This document shows, in pieces, positions 47,975-57,290 of a stretch of DNA of 64,000 nt. The DNA lies in NCBI GenBank assembly GCA_963806205.1, contig CAWDXF010000003.1:71760-135759 (forward strand), written 5' to 3'. The translations under genes and the position numbers were made by a program. The notes under the pieces are model-generated. The model made no database searches, was not told where the DNA came from, and worked only from the letters and a program-made list of their open reading frames with translations. The DNA is from an uncultured Microthrixaceae bacterium (GTDB lineage: Bacteria > Actinomycetota > Acidimicrobiia > Acidimicrobiales > VFJN01). The stretch's first letter is position 1. Each line of letters starts with the position of its first letter.

Positions 47975-48951
47975 CGCGCGGCCACCAGCTCGACGATCAG
48001 GGCCTCGGCCACGTACAGCGGGATGTGCTGCGTGCTGCGCTCGAAGGCGATGATCCCGCCCGTCAGCGCGGCGCGGGCCACCCAGAAGAAGGCCACCGCG
48101 AAGAGCGCGCCACCCCGTCCCAACCGGATGCGCACCGCGACGAGCGCCACGCCGGCGCCGAGGGCGATGAGCACCGGGTGCAGGATCCCGCGGAACTGGG
48201 GGACGCCGAAGTCGAACTCGACCTGCAGGGTCGACAAGCCGATGAGCAGCGCGCCGGCGAAGCCGAGGTCGGCCACCCGGGCGATCCCGCGCCCGAGCGG
48301 GGTGGCCCGTTCGCCGGCCACCCGCTCGCCCTCGACGACGAGCGCCCAGCAGGCGAGCGTCGAGAGCGACGCGCCGCCGATGAGCTGGATGTGCGTCGGC
48401 CCCCAGGCGGTCACGTCCTGGCCGAAGAGCCGGTGCCAGATGTCGTCGAGCGGGAAGCCGGCGAGCGCGACCACGCCACAGGCGGCGAGCAGGATCGCTC
48501 CCACCGGGACGGCCCAGCGCTGGGTGAGCCGCACCGCCGAAGGGCTGCGGTCGTCACCGAGGATCAGCGCGAGCAGCCCGCCGAACGCGATCCCGTCGAG
48601 GCCGATGATGATGCACCAGTGGGCGGGGTTCGCGAACGCCCCGGGATCCCGGCCACGGTCGATGTGCCAGGAGACGTCCCAGTAGTAGCCCCAGACCGCG
48701 ACGAGCAGGCTGGCCCCGACGATGCCCACGGGGAGCACCGTCCACGCGGGCAGCCCGGTGCGGTCCTCGACCTGGCGGACGAGCGGGTCGAGCCAGCCGC
48801 GCTTGCGGTGCAGGTAGCCGACGACCACCACCACGGCCACCGCTGCGAAGGACACGGCCGTGGCGATGAGGATCTCACCGACGTCACCCCCGCCGGCCGG
48901 GGGCGGCTCCTCGCCTGCGAGGAGGGTCCATGCGATGACCGATCCGTTCAC
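47953..48951 (-). CDS. Polytopic integral membrane protein (about 8 TM)
   Basis: 332-aa ORF with strong GC3 and many hydrophobic helices. I recognise no family. Confidence 0.7.
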   Translation of the reverse strand: MNGSVIAWTLLAGEEPPPAGGGDVGEILIATAVSFAAVAVVVVVGYLHRKRGWLDPLVRQVEDRTGLPAWTVLPVGIVGASLLVAVWGYYWDVSWHIDRGRDPGAFANPAHWCIIIGLDGIAFGGLLALILGDDRSPSAVRLTQRWAVPVGAILLAACGVVALAGFPLDDIWHRLFGQDVTAWGPTHIQLIGGASLSTLACWALVVEGERVAGERATPLGRGIARVADLGFAGALLIGLSTLQVEFDFGVPQFRGILHPVLIALGAGVALVAVRIRLGRGGALFAVAFFWVARAALTGGIIAFERSTQHIPLYVAEALIVELVAARWDGTGS

Positions 48952-48964
48952 GGCACCCCCAGGG

Positions 48965-48991
48965 GCGAGGCGGGCGCTCGCCGCGCCTCGC
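48965..48991 (-). terminator. GC-rich hairpin downstream of nrdJ
   Basis: GCGAGGCG (48965..48972) pairs with CGCCTCGC (48984..48991). It lies 19 nt after the nrdJ stop and has no U-tract. Confidence 0.35.
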
Positions 48992-49009
48992 TTCGTACCC
49001 TAGGGACGC

Positions 49010-51850
49010 TCAGCTGCAGCCGCTGGTGCTGCCGCAGCTGGGGCAGGCGTGGCAGGAGCCGGCCCGCTGCATCTGCACCCCGCACTGCATGCAGTACGGC
49101 GCATCGGCGTGCTTCACCTTGGGGGCGATCCCCCGCTCCTCGGAGCTGAGCTCCTTCGGCGCGTCCGACACGTCGGCCAGCAGGTGCGACGAGGCGTCGA
49201 TGCTGGGCGGGTCCGACGGGATGTCGGTGCCCTGGCGGGTCTCGGTGATCGTCTCCTCGACACCCGGCAGCGTCGGCTGGGTGCGCTCACCGGTGGTGAG
49301 GATGTTGAGCTCGGCCCGCTCCTCGAACGACAGGTAGTCGACCGCCAGGCGGCGGAAGATGTAGTCGAGGATCGACGTGGCGATGCGCAGCTCCGGGTCG
49401 TCGGTCATGCCCGCCGGCTCGAAGCGCGTGTTGGTGAACGTCTCGACGTAGACCCGCAGCGGCACGCCGTACTGCAGGCCGTAGCTCACCGAGATGGCGA
49501 AGGCGTCCATGATGCCGGCGAGGGTGGAGCCCTGCTTCGAGACCCGCAGGAAGATCTCGCCCGGGCGACCGTCCTCGAACTCGCCGACGGTGACGAAGCC
49601 CTTGCAGTCCGCCACGCGGAAGTCGAAGGTCTTCGACGTGCGCAGGCGCGGGAGCTTCTCCCGGGTCGGCACGTTGATCACCTTCTCGACGACCTTCTCC
49701 ACGACCTTCTCGACCACGGTGGCCTCGGCCACGGGCTCGCTCGCACCGGCCTTCTTGGCCGTCGACAGCGGCTGGGCCACCTTGCAGTTGTCGCGGTAGA
49801 TCGCGATGGCCTTCACGCCCAGCTTCCACGCGTCGACGTGGAGCTGCTCCACCTCCTCGACCGTGGCCTCCTCGGGCATGTTCACCGTCTTGGAGATGGC
49901 GCCGGAGATGAACGGCTGCACCGCCGCCATCATCCGCACGTGGCCGGAGTAGTGGATCGTGTTGTCGCCCATCGAGCAGGCGAACACGGCCACGTGCTCG
50001 GCGGCGAGGTGGGGGGCGCCCAGGATCGACTTGTGCTCGTCGATGTAGGCGATGATCTCGGCGGACTGGTCCGTCGTGTACCCGAGGCGGGCCAGCGCCC
50101 GCGGCACCGTCTGGTTGACGATCGACATCGTGCCCCCGCCGACCAGCTTCTTGACCTTGCAGAGGCCGAGGTCGGGCTCGATGCCGGTGGTGTCGCAGTC
50201 CATCATCAGGCCGATGGTGCCGGTGGGGGCCAGCACCGAGGCCTGCGAGTTGCGCACGCCGACCTGGTCGGCCCGGTCGCACGCCTCGTCCCAGCACGTC
50301 TGGGCCGCGCCCAGCAGTGCGGCGGGCACGAGGTCCTCGTCGATGTGGGCGGCTGCCTCCTGGTGCTGGCGCAGCACTCGCAGCATGTGCTCGCGGTTCT
50401 CCTCGAAGCCCGCGAACGGCCCCATGCGTGCCGCGGTGCGGGCGGAGGTGGCGTACGCGTGGCCGGTCATCAGCGAGGTGATCGCGGCGGCGTAGGCCCG
50501 GCCGCCGTCGCTGTCGTACGGCAGGCCGAGGGCCATGAGCATGGCGCCGAGGTTGGCGTAGCCGAGGCCGAGCTGGCGGAAGCGCCGCGACGTCTCGCCG
50601 ATCGCGGGCGTCGGGTAGTCGGCCCGGCCCACCAGGATCTCCTGGCCCGTGAACATGATCTCCACGGCGCGCCGGAAGCCCTCGACGTCGAACGTGTCGC
50701 CGGAGGCGTCCGCGGACAGGTCGAGGAACGCGAGCAGGTTGAGGCTGGCCAGGTTGCACGCCGAGTTGTCCAGGTGCATGTACTCCGAGCACGGGTTGGA
50801 GCCGTTGATGCGGCCCGTGTTGCACGCGGTGTGCCACCGGTTGATCGTGGTGTCGAACTGCATGCCGGGATCGGCGCACTCCCACGCGGCCTGGGAGATC
50901 TGGCGCATGAGGTCACGGGCCTTGACCGTCTTCACGATGGCGCCGTCGACCACGGCCCGGAGGTGCCAGTCGGCGTCGTCGACCACGGCCTGCATGAAGT
51001 CGTCGGTGACGCGCACCGAGTTGTTCGCGTTCTGGTACTGGACCGACGCCATGTCCCTGCCGTCGAGCGACATGTCGAACCCGGCGTCCTCGAGGACGCG
51101 GATCTTGCGCTCCTCGCGGGCCTTCACCCAGATGAAGTCCTCCACATCGGGGTGGTCGACGTTGAGGATGACCATCTTCGCGGCGCGGCGGGTCTTGCCG
51201 CCCGACTTGATGGTGCCGGCCGACGCGTCGGCGCCCCGCATGAAGCTGACCGGGCCGGACGCGGTGCCGCCGCCCTTCAGCAGCTCCACCGACGAGCGGA
51301 TGCGCGACAGGTTGATGCCCGACCCCGAGCCGCCCTTGAAGATCGTGCCCTCCTCCACGTACCAGTTGAGGATCGAGTCCATCTGGTCGTCCACGGCAAG
51401 GATGAAGCAGGCCGACGCCTGCTGCGGCACGTCGGGCACGCCGATGTTGAACCACACCGGCGAGTTGAACGCGGCCTTCTGCGTGACGAGGAGGTGGCGC
51501 AGCTCCTCGTTGAAGACCCGGGCCTCCTGCACGTCGACGAAGTAGCCGCCGTCGAGGCCCCACTGCGTGATCGTGTCGGCCACGCGGTCGATGACCTGGC
51601 GCAGGGACGACTCGCGCTCGGGCGTGCCGGGCGTCCCCCGGAAGTACTTCTGGGCGACGATGTTGGCGGCGTTGACCGACCAGGTGCTCGGGAACTCGAC
51701 GCCGAGCTGCTCGAAGGCGACCGTGCCGTCCTGGAAGTTCGTGATGCGGGCGTCGCGCCGCTCCCAGGTGACCTCGTCATAGGGATCCACGCCCTCGGTG
51801 GTGAAGTGGCGGCGGATGCCGATGCCGGTCTGCTCGGATGCGAGAGCCAT
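49010..51850 (-). CDS. nrdJ: Adenosylcobalamin-dependent ribonucleoside-diphosphate reductase (class II RNR) with C-terminal Cys-rich zinc ribbon
   Basis: Intact ORF taken from ATG 51850. It has NSPVWFN, FILAVDD, GSGINLS, NPCSEY, TGIEPD and ISKTVNMP blocks. The C-terminus is CMQCGVQMQRAGSCHACPSCG. Confidence 0.95.
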   Translation of the reverse strand: MALASEQTGIGIRRHFTTEGVDPYDEVTWERRDARITNFQDGTVAFEQLGVEFPSTWSVNAANIVAQKYFRGTPGTPERESSLRQVIDRVADTITQWGLDGGYFVDVQEARVFNEELRHLLVTQKAAFNSPVWFNIGVPDVPQQASACFILAVDDQMDSILNWYVEEGTIFKGGSGSGINLSRIRSSVELLKGGGTASGPVSFMRGADASAGTIKSGGKTRRAAKMVILNVDHPDVEDFIWVKAREERKIRVLEDAGFDMSLDGRDMASVQYQNANNSVRVTDDFMQAVVDDADWHLRAVVDGAIVKTVKARDLMRQISQAAWECADPGMQFDTTINRWHTACNTGRINGSNPCSEYMHLDNSACNLASLNLLAFLDLSADASGDTFDVEGFRRAVEIMFTGQEILVGRADYPTPAIGETSRRFRQLGLGYANLGAMLMALGLPYDSDGGRAYAAAITSLMTGHAYATSARTAARMGPFAGFEENREHMLRVLRQHQEAAAHIDEDLVPAALLGAAQTCWDEACDRADQVGVRNSQASVLAPTGTIGLMMDCDTTGIEPDLGLCKVKKLVGGGTMSIVNQTVPRALARLGYTTDQSAEIIAYIDEHKSILGAPHLAAEHVAVFACSMGDNTIHYSGHVRMMAAVQPFISGAISKTVNMPEEATVEEVEQLHVDAWKLGVKAIAIYRDNCKVAQPLSTAKKAGASEPVAEATVVEKVVEKVVEKVINVPTREKLPRLRTSKTFDFRVADCKGFVTVGEFEDGRPGEIFLRVSKQGSTLAGIMDAFAISVSYGLQYGVPLRVYVETFTNTRFEPAGMTDDPELRIATSILDYIFRRLAVDYLSFEERAELNILTTGERTQPTLPGVEETITETRQGTDIPSDPPSIDASSHLLADVSDAPKELSSEERGIAPKVKHADAPYCMQCGVQMQRAGSCHACPSCGSTSGCS

Positions 51851-51973
51851 CTGCTGGGACCTTCCCTGGAGTCGTGGTGCGGAGCCGAGGTGAGGCGCTG
51901 TGGGACCCGTGGACAGGGACGGGGGTCCCGGACCACCGGTCTTGTGGCTCCACCCGTCTCCGACGCCCCCGAG

Positions 51974-52008
51974 CCACAAGAGGTAGGAGAGAACTACAGC
52001 ATTGTAAC
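51974..52008 (-). promoter_or_regulatory. Candidate NrdR-box pair upstream of nrdJ
   Basis: CCACAAGAGGTAGG (51974..51987) and CTACAGCATTGTAAC (51994..52008; core TACA-gcat-TGTA palindrome, 51995..52006) loosely resemble the acaCwAtATaTwGtgt NrdR box. They lie about 125-155 nt upstream of the start codon. Confidence 0.3.
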
Positions 52009-52351
52009 TACGGGCCTGTCAACGGCCGAAGCACCCTTTTTCGGCGGACCTCAGGCGCCGGTGCGATGCGTGGGGCCACGGCGCGTCTCCCAGGTCAAGA
52101 AGCCTGCCACCCGAGGCGCCACGCGCGTCGTGCCCCGAGCTCGGGTCCCCCAAGGAGTCGTCCAGCCCACCACAGACGTGAACCGACTGCCACACATCCG
52201 GTCGATCACGCCGCGGCCCCGTGCACGGTTCCCGAACCTATTGAGGGGGCCTTGTGGAGCGCTAGAGGAACAAGCTGTGGATTCCAGGTGGATTTCGCGC
52301 CCCGGCATCCACAGGTCGTCCCCAGGCCCAGGTCAGGGGCTTGTCGGGGGC

Positions 52352-52927
52352 CTACTGGCGGACCGCCTCGGCCTCGATCTCGATCTTCACCGTCTTGCCG
52401 ACGAGCACGCCGCCGGTCTCGAGGGCCTGGTTCCAGGTGAGCCCGAAGGCCTCCCGATCCAGCTCCGCGGCGGCGGTGAAGCCGACCCGCTCCCCGCCCC
52501 AGGGGTCCTTGGCGCCGCCCTCGAAGGTGACCTCGAGCGGCACGGCCACGGTGACGTCCCGGATCGTGAGGTCGCCCTCGACGACCCAGCGGCCACGGCC
52601 GGCGGGGCGCACGGAGCGGGAGCGGTAGGTCAGGCTCGGGTGCTGGTCGACGGCCAGGAAGTCGGCCGAGCGGAGGTGCTCGTCCCGGGTGGCGTCCCGG
52701 GTGTCGATCGAGGCGGCGTCGATGGTCACCTCGACGCTGGAGTCCAGCGGGTCCTCGGCGATGACGACGGTGCCGGCCACGTCGGCGAAGCGGCCCTTGG
52801 TCCGGGACACCATCACGTGGCGGACGCTGAAGCCCACGTGCGAGTGGGAGGCGTCGATGCCGTAGGCGCCGGGCGCGGGGAGCTCGATCCCGTCGACGGT
52901 CCTGGTGGGGGCAAGTGCGGTGGCCAT
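52352..52927 (-). CDS. YceI-family (polyisoprenoid-binding-like) protein
   Basis: From ATG 52927: YGIDASHSHVGFSVRHVMVSRTKGRF, DTRDATRDEHLRSADFL and GDLTIRDVT are typical YceI blocks. Confidence 0.85.
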   Translation of the reverse strand: MATALAPTRTVDGIELPAPGAYGIDASHSHVGFSVRHVMVSRTKGRFADVAGTVVIAEDPLDSSVEVTIDAASIDTRDATRDEHLRSADFLAVDQHPSLTYRSRSVRPAGRGRWVVEGDLTIRDVTVAVPLEVTFEGGAKDPWGGERVGFTAAAELDREAFGLTWNQALETGGVLVGKTVKIEIEAEAVRQ

Positions 52928-52957
52928 GGGGCTTCTCCTTGAGTGGGCAATGGTTGC

Positions 52958-52996
52958 TTGCGCAATCACTATACGGGACGATGCTTGCGATCGCAA
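52958..52996. promoter_or_regulatory. Two related palindromes in the yceI/marR divergent promoter (candidate MarR operators)
   Basis: GCTTGCGCAATCAC contains the perfect palindrome TTGCGCAA (52958..52965). GCTTGCGATCGCAACCAC contains the perfect palindrome TTGCGATCGCAA (52985..52996). Confidence 0.45.
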
Positions 52997-53018
52997 CCAC
53001 CATCGGTAGGATCAGCGC

Positions 53019-53522
53019 ATGGCGCGGCTACCGAAGGAGACCGTCGAGCACCCGCTGCTGACCACGGCCGGCCTCCTCGCGGAGGCCTACGCCGGGTTCG
53101 AGGGGCGCCTCGAGCGGCAGCTGGCCCAGGCCAGCGGGCTGTCGGTCCAGTGGTTCGACGTGCTGATGCGCCTGCTGCGCACCCCGGGCCACCGACTGCG
53201 GATGAGCGACCTCGCCGCCCAGTCGACCCTCTCCCCCAGCGGGCTCACCCGGGCCGTCGACCGCCTCGAGGCCGCGGGTCTGGTGCGGCGCGAGGCGTGC
53301 CCGTCGGACCGCCGCGGCGCGTTCGCCGTGCTCACCGACGCGGGCGAGGAGCGGATCGCCTCCGCGCTCCCGATGCACCTCGAGCACCTGCGCGAGATCT
53401 TCGAGGCGCAGTACACGCCCGACGAGGTCGCGACCCTCAGCGCGCTGCTGCGCCGGTTGCGCGAAGCGGTGAACCCCGAGGCCGCGCTCGCGTCGGACTG
53501 CGCCAGCGCCGAGACGTCGTAG
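53019..53522 (+). CDS. MarR-family transcriptional regulator
   Basis: 167-aa ORF with LRMSDLAAQSTLSPSGLTRAVDRLEAAGLVRREACPSDRRGAFAVLTDAG (wHTH with DRR wing). Confidence 0.85.
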   Translation: MARLPKETVEHPLLTTAGLLAEAYAGFEGRLERQLAQASGLSVQWFDVLMRLLRTPGHRLRMSDLAAQSTLSPSGLTRAVDRLEAAGLVRREACPSDRRGAFAVLTDAGEERIASALPMHLEHLREIFEAQYTPDEVATLSALLRRLREAVNPEAALASDCASAETS

Positions 53523-54972
53523 CGGCGCGCGCTAGTCGGCGAGGGCGGGCGCGTCGCCGGTGCCCGCGCGCGGCGGCCCGCTCCGCCCGCTTCGCTTCCA
53601 GCGCGACCATCGACGCCTCGTGCGCCGCGGCCATGTCCGCCTGGAAGCTGCGCCCGCCCCGCCCGATGATCACCGCGCCCACGAGGAAGATCGGGAGGCT
53701 CACGAGCACGCCCCACCGCAGCCCGTACTCGTCGCCGAGGGCGCCGCCGATCGGGAGCACGAACAGGCCGGGCAGCGCCCAGAGCCGCGTCAGCGCGAAG
53801 CCCACCGTGCGGGCCTGCGGCGGGAACACGATCGAGAAGAGCGTGCCGTAGGCGGGGAGGATGAGCGAGAACAGCATCACGAGGAGGCCGATGGCGGCGA
53901 TCGACAGCGCCCACACCGGGGCGACCGCCATCAGGATCACGCAGCCGCAGATGGCCGCGCTGACCCACCCCATGAGCTGGAACATGCGCCACGGCGCCTC
54001 GGAGAAGAGGAACCGCTTGGACAGCGCGATGCCCACGAGGATCCCGAAGATGCCGGGGATCCCCAGCAACGCCGAGGCCGTGCCCCGCTCGACGGCGCTC
54101 ATCCCGTAGACGTCCTCCATGAACAGCGGGATGAGCACGAACATCCCCAGCACGCCCCCGAAGAGGAACGGCAGCGAGGCCCAGAGCGTCCGCACCGTTG
54201 GGATGACCTTCAGCAGCCGCCAGGACTCGCGGAACCCGGCGGCCTCCTCCTCCACGTCGAGGTCGGCGCCGGTCACGCCCATCGCGGCGCGCTCCATGCA
54301 GCCCTTGGAGGGCTCGCGGATGCGCAGCGACAGGATCCCGAGGCCCACGGCGAGCACACCGACGACCATGAGCGGCAGGCGCCAGCTCACGAGGAACGCG
54401 AGCAGACCGAACACGAGCGGCCCGAGCAGCCCACCGATGTTGTCCATCATCTGTCGCCCGGCGAACACCGACGGCCGGGCCCGGACGGGGGTGACGTCGG
54501 ACAGGAGGCTCTGCTGCACGGGGTCGTTGACGATGAGGCCGAAGCCGAACCCCGCGCGCGACAGGCCGAACAGCCCGATGGTGGTGGCGATCCCTGCGGT
54601 GACGCTGAACAGCGCGGCCACCAGCGCCCCGCCGGCCAGGAACCAGGTCCGGCGGCCGCTCCGGTCGGACCACAGCGACACGGGGAGGCTCAGGAGGATG
54701 CCTGCCACGATCGACACGGACGCGAGGCCCGTGATGCCCTCGAGGTCGAGGTCGAAGTGGTCCTGCACCTCGGGCAGGATCACGTTGAAGCCGTAACGGT
54801 CGAACGCGTCGAGGAACGTGTGGCCGAACAGCACGGCGATCGGAAACACCGCCGCGCCGTCCGTCAGCGACTTCGGGTCGCGGACGGCCCGCGCCACCGA
54901 GCCCGGGAAGGCCCGGGTGCCCCGCGCGAAGTCTCCCGCGGCTTCCCGCAGCGCCCCGCCGACCTTGCTCAC
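53437..54972 (-). CDS. MFS transporter (about 12 TM)
   Basis: GTG 54972 overlaps the molybdoenzyme stop (GTGA). It has WSDRSGRR and multiple TM helices. The last ~30 codons are Arg-rich, so the true stop may be TAG 53532..53534 after a frame change. Confidence 0.8.
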   Translation of the reverse strand: MSKVGGALREAAGDFARGTRAFPGSVARAVRDPKSLTDGAAVFPIAVLFGHTFLDAFDRYGFNVILPEVQDHFDLDLEGITGLASVSIVAGILLSLPVSLWSDRSGRRTWFLAGGALVAALFSVTAGIATTIGLFGLSRAGFGFGLIVNDPVQQSLLSDVTPVRARPSVFAGRQMMDNIGGLLGPLVFGLLAFLVSWRLPLMVVGVLAVGLGILSLRIREPSKGCMERAAMGVTGADLDVEEEAAGFRESWRLLKVIPTVRTLWASLPFLFGGVLGMFVLIPLFMEDVYGMSAVERGTASALLGIPGIFGILVGIALSKRFLFSEAPWRMFQLMGWVSAAICGCVILMAVAPVWALSIAAIGLLVMLFSLILPAYGTLFSIVFPPQARTVGFALTRLWALPGLFVLPIGGALGDEYGLRWGVLVSLPIFLVGAVIIGRGGRSFQADMAAAHEASMVALEAKRAERAAARGHRRRARPRRLARAATTSRRWRSPTRARPRGSPLRATGAAAR

Positions 54973-57218
54973 GAAATCGCGGAGACGTCGACCGGGATGC
55001 CGTTCAGCACCGCGTTGCCCGACACCGGATCGAACAGCTCCTCGTCCGCGAGCAGATTGGTGTTGACCCCCGCGTGCTCGCGGGCGACGCCCATCCGGGT
55101 GCCGGGGCGGTCGTGGCCCCAGCCGTGCGGGATGCTCACGACCCCGGGCCGGATGCCGTCCGTGATCTCGACGGGCACCACCACCTCGCCGACCCGCGAT
55201 CGCACGCGGGCCGGGTCGCCGGGCGCCAACCCCAGCTCGCTGGCGTCGTCGGGGTGGACCTGGAGCGTGCAGCGGGGCTTCCCCTTCACCAGCACGTTCA
55301 CGTTGTGCATCCAAGAGTTGTTGGAGCGCAGGTGGCGCCGGCCGACCAGCACGAAGCGGTGGTCCCGCCGCCCGTCGAGGCCCTCGTGCATCCGGGGAAC
55401 GTCCGCGACGAGCAGCTCCGGGGCGAGCGCGATCATCCCGTCGGGGGTGCGCAGGACGTCCGGCAGCCGCGGCTCGAGCGCCCCGTAGTCGATGCCGTGC
55501 GGGTTGGCGAGGAGCACGTCGAGGCTCACGCCGTCGGGGTCGGCGCCGAAGCCCTCGCCGTACGGACCGGTGCGCAGCATGAAGTCGATGATGCGGGCCG
55601 GGCCCCGCCGCGGTGCGAGCGCCGCGAGGACCTCCTCCGGTTCCCGGCCGTGGATCGGGCTCGTCTCGTCCCCGATGCCGGAGCGCACGAGGCTGTCGAT
55701 CATCAGGTCGTCGACCAGGGCCACGTCGGAGGTGGCGCCGAACCCCTGGAGCACGAGCGCCAGCCGGGCCAGCACCTCCCACTCGTCGAGCTCGTCGGGG
55801 CCGAGCGGGAGCACGGCCTCGCTGTAGTTCGCCACGTTGCGGAGCGCGAGCTGCAGCAGGGCGAGGTCGTAGTGGTCCTTCTGGAGGGCCGACGGCGACG
55901 GCAGGATCACGTCCGCGTGGCGGGTGGTCTCGTTGACGTAGATGTCGACCGACACCATGAAGTCGAGCGACGCGAGCGCCGCGTCGAGCCGCTCCCCGTT
56001 CGGCGTCGACAGCACCGGGTTCCCCGCGATCGTGATGAGGGCCCGGATGCGGCCGGCCCCCTCGGTGTCGATCTCCTCGGCCAGCGCCACGACGGGGAGC
56101 TCCCCCATCGTCTCGGGCAGTCCCCGCACCCGCGACGCGTGCCGGTGCAGGCGCGTCTCGCGCCCGAACCGCGGCTTGCCCCGCGTGTTCGAGGCGCCCG
56201 CCGCCGCCCGCGTGAACATCGCGCCACCCGGGCGGTCGAGGTTGCCGGTCAGCGCGTTGAGCACGTCGACGAGCCAGGACGTGACGGTGCCGAACTCGGC
56301 GGTGGTCGTGCCGATGCGCCCGTAGACGCACGCCGACGGCGCCCCCGCGAGCTCGCGGGCGAGCCGGCGGATCGTGTCGGCGTCCACGCCCGCCGCGCCT
56401 TCCACCACCTCGGGGGTGAACGGCGCGCAGACCGCGCGGACCTCGTCGAGCCCGGTCACGAGGTCCGCGAGCGGGCCCAAGGTCACGAGGTCCTCGTCGA
56501 AGAGCACCTGCACCATCGCCATCAGGAGGTAGGCGTCGCTGCCGGGGCGCACCGCGATCCACTCGGTGGCCATCTCGGCCGTGCGCGACCGCCGGGGGTC
56601 GACCACCACGAGGGTGCCGCCTCGCTCGACCAGCCGCTCGAGCCGGCCGGGCCAGTCCGGCGCGGTGGCGAGGCTGCCGTTCGACGCGAACGGGTTCGCC
56701 CCGAGCATGAGCAGGTGGTCGGTCCGGTCGACGTCGGGCACGGGGACGTTGAGCCCGCCGCCGAACATGAGCGCGGCGCTGATCTCCTTCGGGCGCTGGT
56801 CCACGGTCGACGCGGAGAAGATGTTCGTGGTGCCGAGGGCGCGCAGCACGGCCCGCCCGTAGAGCATCCCGGCCAGGCTGTGGGCCGACGGGTTGCCGAG
56901 GTAGGCGGCGCACGCCTCGCGCCCGTGCTCCTCGAGGATCGGGAGCAGCCGGCGCTCGATCTCCTCGAACGCCTCGTCCCAGCTCACCTCGACGAGCTCG
57001 CCGTCGCGCTTCACGAGCGGGCGCCGCACGCGGTCGGGGTCCTCGTGGAGCTGCTTCAGCGTCGAGCCCTTGGGGCAGATGTAGCCCTTGCTGAACACAT
57101 CGTCCTGGTCGCCCCGGATCCGGGTCACCTCCTCGCCGGCGGGGGTGTCCCGCAGGGTGATCTCCAGCCCGCACCCGGCCTCGCACAGCGGGCACGTGCG
57201 GAAGGCCGTGCGCGTCAT
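54969..57218 (-). CDS. Molybdopterin (bis-MGD) oxidoreductase family protein with N-terminal 4Fe-4S motif
   Basis: Intact 749-aa ORF. It has CPLCEAGCG...KGYICPKG (MopB 4Fe-4S domain), typical MGD-binding segments, and a C-terminal beta-barrel (VHPDDA...GDPARV). Confidence 0.9.
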   Translation of the reverse strand: MTRTAFRTCPLCEAGCGLEITLRDTPAGEEVTRIRGDQDDVFSKGYICPKGSTLKQLHEDPDRVRRPLVKRDGELVEVSWDEAFEEIERRLLPILEEHGREACAAYLGNPSAHSLAGMLYGRAVLRALGTTNIFSASTVDQRPKEISAALMFGGGLNVPVPDVDRTDHLLMLGANPFASNGSLATAPDWPGRLERLVERGGTLVVVDPRRSRTAEMATEWIAVRPGSDAYLLMAMVQVLFDEDLVTLGPLADLVTGLDEVRAVCAPFTPEVVEGAAGVDADTIRRLARELAGAPSACVYGRIGTTTAEFGTVTSWLVDVLNALTGNLDRPGGAMFTRAAAGASNTRGKPRFGRETRLHRHASRVRGLPETMGELPVVALAEEIDTEGAGRIRALITIAGNPVLSTPNGERLDAALASLDFMVSVDIYVNETTRHADVILPSPSALQKDHYDLALLQLALRNVANYSEAVLPLGPDELDEWEVLARLALVLQGFGATSDVALVDDLMIDSLVRSGIGDETSPIHGREPEEVLAALAPRRGPARIIDFMLRTGPYGEGFGADPDGVSLDVLLANPHGIDYGALEPRLPDVLRTPDGMIALAPELLVADVPRMHEGLDGRRDHRFVLVGRRHLRSNNSWMHNVNVLVKGKPRCTLQVHPDDASELGLAPGDPARVRSRVGEVVVPVEITDGIRPGVVSIPHGWGHDRPGTRMGVAREHAGVNTNLLADEELFDPVSGNAVLNGIPVDVSAIS

Positions 57219-57290
57219 GTCTCCCCCCTCGGTCGACGTCCCCGCATCCTGCCGCCCGGGGCGCCCGGAGCGCTACTCCCGGCGGTTAGC

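Noticed and set aside
49010-51850. Possible intein or other insertion in the 946-aa NrdJ
   Set aside because: The length and colinear conserved blocks are normal for monomeric actinobacterial class II RNRs. I see no intein splice-junction or endonuclease motifs. The C-terminal Cys-rich segment is the known zinc-ribbon tail of this enzyme class.
51851-52351. Riboswitch (B12 or other) in the long nrdJ leader
   Set aside because: I recognise no riboswitch core. B12 riboswitches repress B12-independent RNRs, not the B12-dependent nrdJ. The region is reported only as an unexplained structured leader with candidate NrdR boxes.
49049-52942. 1297-aa ORF on the plus strand, the longest in the track
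   Set aside because: It is antisense to the intact, clearly recognisable nrdJ gene and continues through non-coding DNA and antisense to yceI. The translation is low-complexity R/G/A/H/D/V-rich sequence with no motifs. It is a typical stop-poor shadow ORF of very GC-rich DNA.
53437-57195. 1252-aa minus-strand ORF
   Set aside because: The N-terminal ~740 residues are an out-of-frame reading of the molybdopterin oxidoreductase gene (Arg/Gly/Pro-rich). Only the part from GTG 54972 onward (the MFS transporter) is credible.
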